Assembly (NCBI GenBank): GCA_976226885.1 | Contig: OZ320317.1 | Span: 34,348,001-34,412,000 of the forward strand | Length of the DNA stretch: 64,000 nt | Reading direction: 5' to 3' | From: Iphione sp. A-MEVVRFRX5 | Lineage: Eukaryota | Shown: positions 12,001 through 21,020 of the stretch, piece by piece | How positions within the stretch are numbered: position 1 is the stretch's first letter | How the letters are laid out: every line of letters begins with the position of its first letter | Made by a program: the position numbers and the translations under genes | Notes under the pieces: generated by a model | Database searches by the model: none | What the model was told of the DNA's origin: nothing | The model's input: the letters and a program-made list of their open reading frames with translations, nothing else

Positions 12001-13511
12001 TTGGCTCTCTCGCCCTCCCTCACTTTCCCCATTCCCCATCACTGATTAAGTATCTCATATTCTGCGACCGCATATCTGTTCTTGTTCGATTCTCTCCATC
12101 TCTCCCTCAAGCTTTATCTGTGACCAGTCACTGTCTCCTTACCCATTCTTTGTCTTCCTCCCTGCCTCCCTCTCTCTATTTCTATCTTTACAAGACCTAG
12201 CTGATTACTGTATGGAGCATCTCATTCCTCTCATATCATTTAACAGGACCTGCCCTCTTCGTCAGGGAGAATGGAGGCGGGGTTGGGGGGCGGGTCGTTC
12301 ATACAATAGTCTCAGTGCTCCCGACTCGACGCATGGTGGGATAATTGTGCACCAGGGCGACCGAGAGATCATCCAGGCGTCTGGCTGGCTGCCGCTCCTG
12401 ATGTTTCTCTCTGGGATATTGGAAGTGCAGAGAGTTGGTAGTGTGTGTGTTGGGGGGGAATCAACGGTGGAAAGACAGGTAGGTATAGAAAAAAGGAAGA
12501 GAAACAAGGCGGACAGGCAGATAGTCAGAGGAGAACATAGGAGAGGGGCCAATGAGGGTATGTAGAGAGTACACATATCGAAAGAGGAATAGATGAAGAA
12601 CAGAGAAAGGCAGGAGAACAACGAGGAAGGAGGGATGGGGGTGGGAACACTGATGCACAGAGAAAGAGAGACAAGGTAGGAAACGAGAGGTAGACAGGTA
12701 AGATGGGGAGAAGCAGAGTCGAGGACGGAGATGAAAAGAAAGAAACCTAGAGACACATATCGGCTGAGTGCTTCTACCACTCGCAAAGGTTTTGTCACGG
12801 ATGCAACCAATAGACTTCTGATGTCTTAGGGACGTGGAGTAGGTAGATGCACGAAAAGGATGGGCTTAGATATGTACCGCCCGAGAGACCGATAGAGAGA
12901 CTGAAAAACATATACATATATACAAAAGCGACAAAAAGGTAAGTGTTGAACAGCATGCTCAAACTAAGACAAAGAGTCGGAGAAGAAATGACATATACAG
13001 TAGTAAAGCGATAAATTGCTACACAGAATCAGAGCAGTCAGCAGAAATATGAATTTCAGAGGTAAATAGAGGGTCCTGCTGCCAGCAAGCCACGGGGAGT
13101 GAATCTTCATTTCATCACCTCAGTGCCTCAACTTAAGTGTGTGCGCCCGCAGTCGCTCTAATCCCCTGATGAGTACTCCGGACGAGCACATTATTTATTG
13201 TCCGCTCTCTTCTTAATGCGCCTCCTTTATTTGAAACATTCCTGTGCAACGGGGAAAGCACTGCACTGGTGACGGGGGACGCGAATGCAGAACAAGCTTT
13301 TAGGGTACATTCTTCTCTCTGGGACACTGGTTTGATTTCATTGTTGATATATTTTTGTGATCATATCTTTCATCTGTTATCAAGCTCTGCTATATCCATC
13401 GGGAATCAGAATTATGACATAACCGGTGGCATATTTAGGTGTACACAACTTTGTTATGGATGCTATATGAATAAACGCCTTCAGTTTATGCATCCAATCG
13501 ATAAATATATC

Positions 13512-13557
13512 ATATAGAATGACTCACAAACAACAGAGTGGAGTGAAACGAACTCTC
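13512..13557 (-). repeat. Split direct repeat B2
   Basis: ATATAGAATGACTCACAAACAACAGAGTGGAGTGAAACGAACTCTC (+ strand), identical to 13728-13773. Confidence 0.95.
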
Positions 13558-13581
13558 TTTATTCAGATCACACTAAGATAA

Positions 13582-13732
13582 AAATTTTTTGAAGTGAATG
13601 CGTTATACATGCGAAACGTCATAGAAGGAACATATGTTGCTTAGAGACATATACAATCCTCTATGGTTACATAGCAATACATACAGAAACGTCATCCCTC
13701 TATATCTGCATATACGTCATATCCAGGATATA
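13582..13732 (-). repeat. Split direct repeat A2
   Basis: 151 bp identical to 17725-17875; overlaps B1 by ATATA. Confidence 0.95.
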
Positions 13733-13773
13733 GAATGACTCACAAACAACAGAGTGGAGTGAAACGAACTCTC
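13728..13773 (-). repeat. Split direct repeat B1
   Basis: Starts 8 nt after the YR stop codon; identical to 13512-13557. Confidence 0.95.
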
Positions 13774-13781
13774 CAACCCAA

Positions 13782-14837
13782 TTAAACAAAAGATTTACAA
13801 ACTTTGTCTTCGTATTGAGCGTTTTTCTTGAAACATGGTTTAATATATTTAAACACAGCTTCTGAGGACCAATTGCCCCGAGTTTTAATATAATCCAGTG
13901 GCATACCAATCTCACTCAAATGGGTCGCTCCCCCACGCCTCAGGGAGTGGGATGAAAAATACCCTAACAACCCAGCTTTCCTACATAAATCCCTTAGGGT
14001 GGCCTGGAAAAAATCATAAGACAAAAAACTTCTACCCCCCTTCACATTATATGAGAATAACAGATCTTGAGGAGTACCGTCACACAACTTCAGAACCAAT
14101 AAGATCCATGATGCAGCACAGACTTCATGAGGGACACAAAATCTCACTTGCATGGACTGGGGCTTCTTCCCAAATTGGTCATTCTTCGATTTCCTAACCC
14201 TGACTAAAATGCCCCAATCAAAAACCTCTATATCTCCCCTTCTCAAACCATCGTTGGAAGTGAATTTATTTTTACGAAGGAGACATCTGAAACTCAATAG
14301 TACAGCTGCCCAGAAAAGAAGGTATAGTAGACCATCCCATACCATGAAGCGATGAATCAATTTCAAATCACCAAGGCCTAAACCCACAGCAACACGTTCT
14401 TCCTTTTTACAGAGCCTTTTCAGCCCTGCCAAAAACTGTTTAACTGAAAAATCACACACGTCAGGCGGGTTAAAGCCAAGCATCTTGTGAGCAAAAACGA
14501 CACCAGAAAAATAGTTTTGGATGGAACTGGGTACCATCCTCCTGGATAGGTACCCCCCAAATAACAGCAGCTGCTTAGTAGAGCATGGAAATGGAACCAA
14601 CTTGAATTCTCTACAGAAACCCAGGTACACTTCCTTCTGCCTCTGCCTTGTTCTCAGGGTATTCGGCGCTGGCCCTGCCAAGATGAACCTCCTGGTCCTT
14701 TCCTCCAAAGCTTCCAAATTCTCTACAAATAGACGACAGAAACCTATTACAACAGGCCTTGTCCCACCAAGATGTCTCAATGAGTCTTGACTCAGAATCA
14801 GCATCCCATAACCGAGAGAGACAATCAGCAACGACAT
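13782..14837 (-). CDS. Tyrosine recombinase (first ATG 14837; frame open from at least the TTG at 14873)
   Basis: Catalytic set in order: CLLRKN (R), VRKSKNDQFG (K), SSHSLRRGGAT (HxxR), GNWSS (W), FKYI (Y). N-terminal core-binding segment APNTLRT..YLGFC..SIQNYFSGV. Confidence 0.95.
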   Translation of the reverse strand: MSLLIVSLGYGMLILSQDSLRHLGGTRPVVIGFCRLFVENLEALEERTRRFILAGPAPNTLRTRQRQKEVYLGFCREFKLVPFPCSTKQLLLFGGYLSRRMVPSSIQNYFSGVVFAHKMLGFNPPDVCDFSVKQFLAGLKRLCKKEERVAVGLGLGDLKLIHRFMVWDGLLYLLFWAAVLLSFRCLLRKNKFTSNDGLRRGDIEVFDWGILVRVRKSKNDQFGKKPQSMQVRFCVPHEVCAASWILLVLKLCDGTPQDLLFSYNVKGGRSFLSYDFFQATLRDLCRKAGLLGYFSSHSLRRGGATHLSEIGMPLDYIKTRGNWSSEAVFKYIKPCFKKNAQYEDKVCKSFV

Positions 14838-16695
14838 TTTCCTTAGTACCGATATACTCAGAAACCAGATCAATGTTGTAGATGGCGCATAACCAAAACA
14901 ATTCCCTCAACCATTGCATGCAGACTTTATTGCTACTGCGACCTGTCCTTATCATATACATCACTTGGGTGTTGTCCACGTGAGCCAACACCCTCTTATC
15001 CCGCCAAAGATCCTTCCACCTTTTCACAGCCACCAACACAGCCCACAGTTCCTTGACGTTAATGTTGTCATCGACCACATAGCTAGACGGAGCACTTTCT
15101 ACATGCTGACACTTAGAACCATCCTTCGATATATTGCCTTTCCAAGCACCAGTGAACCAGTCCGACTCGTGATATCCACCAAAACCTTCAAGTGATGAGT
15201 CTGTGAAGAATTCCTCGTGAATTTCATGCCTGTTCAAGATTTTAGCTCGACCATTGAAAATGGCTGCAAACACCTTCCACCAGCGAAGATCTTCCATGAC
15301 ATTATCAGGAATGGGCAACCTCTTTCTGCTTCCTTTCAGGTCCTTCAGGAAATCGTACACACTTCTGGAATAGGTACGCCCCCCTCTAACAACAGTAGAG
15401 CAGTGAGCAAGAAGGCCCCCCAGTTTCTCTACTTCCTTCAAGTTCATATTCCGACCAGCTAAGGCTATGTCCACCTTATCCCTCAATAGCTCTAGCTTTC
15501 CTTCGGGTAAACGTAGCTGCATACTCACAGAATCGATCTCAATACCGAGAAAGACACATTTTTGACATGCTGGAACAACCTTGTTCTTAGCAATCTCAAA
15601 ACCCAAGCACTGTATCACTGTCATTAAGGACTCCAAACCAACCATACAACTCTCCTCACAATCTCCTATCACCAAGAAATCATCGAGGTAGTTGATGATA
15701 CCACACCCGGATACATACTTGAAAATTGAAGTGATAAAATCGGACAACTTGGTAAATATGTAAGGGGCACAACGTAGACCGAAAGTTAGCGTATTGCTAA
15801 CATAAAACCTGTCACCATCCCCTAAATTCCAACGAAAGCCTTGATATTGTCTGTCTCTAACCTGAACTGGCACAGACCTATAGGCGCTTTTGATATCTAC
15901 CACACCCATAAAGCCATCTTTGGTCAAAACCTCCGCCACATCGTCGATGGAATTGTAGCTGAAATCTTCGAAACAATCGTCCATATGATCGTTGATGGAC
16001 CTACCCAAAGGGCGAGAACAATCAGTGATAGGCCTCAAGCTACCATCTGCTTTTTCTACTCCTCCCATCGAATGGACACAAGTGGGTCTCTCTCCTACTT
16101 CAGATACATAACCCTTTGCTATCTCGCTTTTCAACTTTTCATCCATCTCTCCCTTAAACCTCTCACTGAGAATCGACTTATAATTCCCACAGTCATAGCT
16201 AACCTCGATCCCCTCATTCACAATCCTAAATCCTGACGATACACCTCGCCAAACAAAAGTAGACGTATCCTCATCAACAATGCCCCCAAAACAATATCTG
16301 CTAAATCTGCAAGGCAAAAGAGGGGAAGCGACCCCACCAATATAGTGAACACACTTGCATGCTCCTTTCAAACATTTCTCATACACACAAATATGAATGT
16401 TTTTGTTGAAGATCACACACAACGGTACGTCACCGTTAATGTCTAGGCTGCGGCTACAAGTACTAGTTACTAGGTTACCGTCGTCAACGTTGACGTAACA
16501 ATACGACCAACCGAGCATCTCATTAAAATTTGCATATTGTTTCAGCAAATCACAAAAATCCGTGACCTTATCCGCATATTTACTGATGGCGTCCTCTTCG
16601 TCAATATGTACGTCACGGTAGGTAACTCGAACTATATTATTCAAGTGATACAACGAATTGCATTCTAAAACCTTAACATCTGACGAATCAACCAC
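14611..16695 (-). CDS. Pol: reverse transcriptase + RNase H of DIRS/Ngaro type (start uncertain; in frame with gag)
   Basis: RT motifs LRPITDCS, VVDIKSAYR, LTFGLRCAP, NYLDDF, FLGIEID; RNase H motifs FTDSSLEGFGG, NINVKELWAV, VDNTQV, NVVADCLSR. ORF-track start is GTG; first ATG is codon 60 (16518). Confidence 0.95.
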   Translation of the reverse strand: MVDSSDVKVLECNSLYHLNNIVRVTYRDVHIDEEDAISKYADKVTDFCDLLKQYANFNEMLGWSYCYVNVDDGNLVTSTCSRSLDINGDVPLCVIFNKNIHICVYEKCLKGACKCVHYIGGVASPLLPCRFSRYCFGGIVDEDTSTFVWRGVSSGFRIVNEGIEVSYDCGNYKSILSERFKGEMDEKLKSEIAKGYVSEVGERPTCVHSMGGVEKADGSLRPITDCSRPLGRSINDHMDDCFEDFSYNSIDDVAEVLTKDGFMGVVDIKSAYRSVPVQVRDRQYQGFRWNLGDGDRFYVSNTLTFGLRCAPYIFTKLSDFITSIFKYVSGCGIINYLDDFLVIGDCEESCMVGLESLMTVIQCLGFEIAKNKVVPACQKCVFLGIEIDSVSMQLRLPEGKLELLRDKVDIALAGRNMNLKEVEKLGGLLAHCSTVVRGGRTYSRSVYDFLKDLKGSRKRLPIPDNVMEDLRWWKVFAAIFNGRAKILNRHEIHEEFFTDSSLEGFGGYHESDWFTGAWKGNISKDGSKCQHVESAPSSYVVDDNINVKELWAVLVAVKRWKDLWRDKRVLAHVDNTQVMYMIRTGRSSNKVCMQWLRELFWLCAIYNIDLVSEYIGTKENVVADCLSRLWDADSESRLIETSWWDKACCNRFLSSICREFGSFGGKDQEVHLGRASAEYPENKAEAEGSVPGFL

Positions 16696-16707
16696 CTCAC
16701 TGCATCG

Positions 16708-17667
16708 TCAATTTTTACCTGTGCTCTTGTGAGTCTTGTTCTCTGAAGAATTATTATAATTCTTCTGACACTCATATGCTTTGTGATTATTATCGCCACA
16801 GACCAGACAACCATGCTTGAACATACAATTTGAACTCTCACACGTTCCACTGTTCCATCTATAACAGATTTTCTCACTTGAACCTTTCCTTTCAGTCATA
16901 CTCTTTCCTTTCACAGACTTGCTTTTCTTATCAGATTGTATTTGCGCATCAAATCCTAGATAATCCCTGATCAAATCATCATCACCAAAGCTAAAAACCT
17001 TTGCACCTTTCTTCTCTGCCTTCCTTCTTACTTCACGATCATAGTCAATTAGAGCAGATGATACATAACGATTTTTAACTTTTCTGCTAGTCAGGAATTT
17101 TAAATGTTCGATGTAACCTGACACGTCACTACCTTTCTCGATCATCTTACTTAGTAGCCCCATAGAGCCATACATCAATTGATCGAAATTCTCAATTTTC
17201 TTAGACTTTGAAAATCGTCGCACATCATAAAGTCTCTTACGTCTCCTTTTGGAGTCTTTCTTCTTTCTGGATCTCTCTCTTGATGAGTTGTCACTGGAGT
17301 AGATGTCTGTCTCCGCCTCCTCATCCGACGTGTCCCCGTCCGTCACAGCACCCTTCCTAACATCAGGCACGTCCTTAGACAACGATGATCCAGACAAAAT
17401 ATCATTCCTCGATGCACCATTACCATTTACAGCAGGCTCAGGGTCCTTCGGGCCACCATTACCACGACCATCAGCTGAAAGGGAAGCAGAGCTCTCCAAT
17501 TTTGACAGTATTGAGCCTAGCATGGACTCAATGCGAGAAACTCTCCCCTCCATCACATCCTGCTGAGAAGGATCCTCGATATCACCATTCTCCTTAGAAA
17601 TATGGCTGCACTTATTACCAAATGGAGGTAAGTGCTTAGAGTTGCATCCAGAACAATTTTTCTCCAT
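16708..17667 (-). CDS. Gag-like protein (319 aa) with zinc fingers
   Basis: ATG at 17667, 58 nt inside A1's inner edge (17725). N-terminal CSGCNSKHLPPFGNKC; basic RKKKDSKRRRKR; C-terminal CX7CX4CX3H followed by a CX2CX4HX4C knuckle. Confidence 0.9.
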   Translation of the reverse strand: MEKNCSGCNSKHLPPFGNKCSHISKENGDIEDPSQQDVMEGRVSRIESMLGSILSKLESSASLSADGRGNGGPKDPEPAVNGNGASRNDILSGSSLSKDVPDVRKGAVTDGDTSDEEAETDIYSSDNSSRERSRKKKDSKRRRKRLYDVRRFSKSKKIENFDQLMYGSMGLLSKMIEKGSDVSGYIEHLKFLTSRKVKNRYVSSALIDYDREVRRKAEKKGAKVFSFGDDDLIRDYLGFDAQIQSDKKSKSVKGKSMTERKGSSEKICYRWNSGTCESSNCMFKHGCLVCGDNNHKAYECQKNYNNSSENKTHKSTGKN

Positions 17668-17724
17668 GATAACACCAATAATCGTCAAAGTCACCAGCAG
17701 CGGCTGAGCACGTCTTCACCATCC

Positions 17725-17875
17725 AAATTTTTTGAAGTGAATGCGTTATACATGCGAAACGTCATAGAAGGAACATATGTTGCTTAGAGACATATACAAT
17801 CCTCTATGGTTACATAGCAATACATACAGAAACGTCATCCCTCTATATCTGCATATACGTCATATCCAGGATATA
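17725..17875 (-). repeat. Split direct repeat A1 (likely promoter-bearing)
   Basis: Identical to 13582-13732; contains three ACGTCAT (TGACG CRE half-site) motifs. Confidence 0.95.
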
Positions 17876-19869
17876 TATAATGCGAATGGGTGCGTAAATA
17901 ACGCAGGCAAAGGACACGATTTTGATCGTTAAAGTGGATACATCCCACAAACAAAACATAATGAGAAGCATAACTTCCGAACTTGCTCATTTAAGCTTAA
18001 AAATATATCGCTAGGTATTGAAGCTGCTGACGCAAACCAGCGAGATGAAAACAGCATAGGATTTCAGCAATTCTATCTAGGTATTTACTGGCTGGCGATT
18101 ATGGCGACAAGCTTGGAGAAATTACAGATTTCACAAATTGAAACATCAGGTTAATAATGACAGTACGGTCCCGCGCTTTTGTGTTAAAATGAGAAAAAGG
18201 CAATAGGACAAAGCTGCGATGTGCGTTGAGCCTATTATGTGCCCGTATTGGGAATTATCGTTTTCACAAGGTGTCTTTCCACCAATACTTAATCTAAAAC
18301 ATTCTTCTGCAGTGAGAAGACACAACAGATGATGACTGCCAACTCCAAAAACACAACATGATTTCGTATTTTCTCTGGGGAACAGAAATGTCTGCTTTTG
18401 TCTCATTGTTGCGAATAGAAGTATAGGAGACTGCTTTGGTGCTTTCTGATATGCAGTATTAAGATATGCAGAATTATACATCCACTAAGGTTAAAATACA
18501 ACATAACATACGTGTCTTCCTGAGGGTGGAAAAAGATCAGTGTTGTGTGGTTGTTTTTTGTGCATTCAGGCATGCACAAATGTCTGCCATAAATAGCATG
18601 AAAAACACCATGTACAACCATATAATTAGGGTGAAACGGAACATCAGCTGATACATGATTGGCCTGTTCTCCCATATGGTTTTAGCGAATGGGAGTAAAT
18701 GTTGCATTCTATCTTGATGTAACGATGTACCGTATTGGTCCCTGGTTGCCCAGCAAAAATTCCATGACGGCAGCTCACACCATAACCACTCTAAAACATT
18801 CAGTGACAGTACAAACGGCGGAACCGGCAAAGGTCTGGCTTGTTGGAGAACCTTGGCAATGACAAGCATCTTGAGTAAGAGACGAGTGAAACTACGCTCA
18901 GACTTGAGAATATCCTATTGCCTTCAATACATGGGCGCGATTCAATTTGTTCAGATGACAAACTCTCAGGGACCGTCTTCTTTGATGTCTGCATGAACCA
19001 GGCATTCGTACACTGAACCGCTTTCGTACAATTTGGTATTTATTCTTCTATTCTTCTATTCTATTTTCTCTTCTTTGTTGCCTCTCTTGCTACACTATAC
19101 CCATCGTTCTGTTTGTTTTCTGTCTTTCTAAGCCCCTCGCTGCTCTCGTTCTCCCTCAGTTTTGAACTCTCTTCTCTTTCACTATACCCTTTCGTCCCTC
19201 TAATCAGTGCTTTCTCCCTCCTTCTCCTTCTTCATATTGTCCCAGACTCTCCTTAGTCATCCTTACTACTTTCGTCTCAAGTACTTTCTTCCTCACTGGA
19301 TGTAAGTTTATCACACGCTCTTGTTCACCAACTATACCCCACTGTCTACATATTGGTCTGCTTCCCAAACGCCTTTTAAAGTCAAACAGAGTGATCTGCA
19401 GTCTAAAACCTCAAAGATCTCAAACTGAGGTGCTTCAAAATGTATCCTCTTTAAATAGAAAATATATTTGACTATTGAATTGTCTCCTCATGTCCAATCA
19501 AGCTATAACGTGTGGCAAAGAAATGAGAGCAGTTTATCGCCATTTCTCCAGCGTCGGAAAATTTTCCTTTTGTGAAAATTTTTCTTTTGTGATTTTATTT
19601 CTCAGAGAATCTGCATGCAACTATTCGCAATTATCAAGATTTAATCTGACCCAAAGCTCCTGGGTTTTTATCTTGCGGTGGCCTTTGATGACTACTATAG
19701 GTCATAATTATCGTGTTTGTGACACCGTCGTTCGCAGATGAGGATCCATCTTCTTGGTCATCAATATTTAGCGCTAACACTAACCATGTTGACTGCAAAT
19801 CATCACCTGCAGGAAACCTACCATAACCTACCACCTGCCAAAACAGCATGACAGGCCCTGCTATCTACC

Positions 19870-21020
19870 ACCACAACAACCGTTTCTGATCACCGTTTGC
19901 TGTCATTTCCCAACACCATAGATGTAATAGTACCACCTACCACCTCCAATGGCCAACCTCTACGACAATGACCTACGGCAAGGTCACCTCCAATGTTTCA
20001 TCACCTGAAAGCACAACCTTCATTATTTAACTGCCTACTGCCACCATTAGCCACCATGTAGTATATCCGCCCACCATCTTCATTGTAGCCAACCAATATT
20101 ATGACTACCTGCAAACAGCACATCTCTCCGCTACCACCACCTACCAGCACAATAAATGGACCATTATTACTGCATACTAGTACCATCCAATACAATGACT
20201 GACCAACGCCAAATATGGCCTCTAACTATGACAACATTCTCCATTATTGCCCACTGCCACAAAAACCACTGAACAGCCATCATCATTAGCTGTCACCATA
20301 ACATTCTGTCACCCGCCATCTCGAACCATACTACCAGCCACATCTACATAATGCAAGCACAACTTCCACCCCCACCATCCACCAATAAAGCCTCTATTAA
20401 TCCGCGCATAGTGCTATATTGAACTTCCATATACTACAATCGTGAACCTCCTCTTGTCCATTACAGGGATATGTCAGCCATTTCTAGCGCTCACCAACCA
20501 ACTGTGCCAGCTATACAAGCATACAGCACTACTTCACTATACAGGCATACAGCACTATTCATCACCCCAACTTACTAACCAATACATGGGTGTTTTACAG
20601 ATCTAACACATCCTCCTTTATCATGAACCATCACCACTATGTCGAGTGAACATTACTGGTCAAGGGCATATGAGAACAGAACCACCACATCTTTGTGAAC
20701 ATCTGCATATTCTCCTTTCACAAGACAAAGTCGGATATAAAGTATCGTCGGTTGAACGGAGATTAGTGTATAACACCTATCAACAGCACTCGGCAACACA
20801 GCCACCTTTCCGACTGTCCTCGCCTACTAATACACACACTACAATCTACCACCGCAGCCCCCACGTCTCACCACGGTCGCATATCCCCCACAAAAGCACA
20901 CAGGCATAGGCATGTGGCATCCTACTACAATCGACGTAACCTTCTTCCAAGAAGACCTCACCTCACCAACCACAGCCAGCATACTCACACACACACATGC
21001 ACACGTCACAGCCGCAAACA
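19870..21020. repeat. Degenerate A/C-rich (ACC/CAC) low-complexity tract
   Basis: Strong strand skew and many CACCAC/ACCACC words; no long ORF. Confidence 0.5.

Larger units (their letters stand above)
13512..17875 (-). mobile_element. Complete Ngaro-type tyrosine-recombinase retrotransposon with split direct repeats (A1-gag-pol-YR-B1-A2-B2)
   Basis: Three long ORFs (gag, RT/RNaseH, YR). A copies 17725-17875 and 13582-13732 are identical (151 bp); B copies 13728-13773 and 13512-13557 are identical (46 bp). No integrase, protease or methyltransferase motif seen; no TSD. Confidence 0.95.

Noticed and set aside
13166-13190. CTGATGA-GT..AC-GAG hammerhead-like core
   Set aside because: GAAA core is absent (GAGC) and stems I and III cannot be formed.
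13898-17597. Several + strand ORFs antisense to the Ngaro genes
   Set aside because: Typical shadows of the minus-strand coding frames; no motifs.
17880-18990. Decayed coding-like stretch beside the Ngaro insertion; fragments resemble a KDZ transposase (SCRHG, VFHA..H) or a class-A GPCR (LGN, NC*NP)
   Set aside because: The two readings are mutually exclusive, lie in different frames with many stops, and T-rich DNA gives hydrophobic translations by chance; needs a tBLASTx/HMM search.
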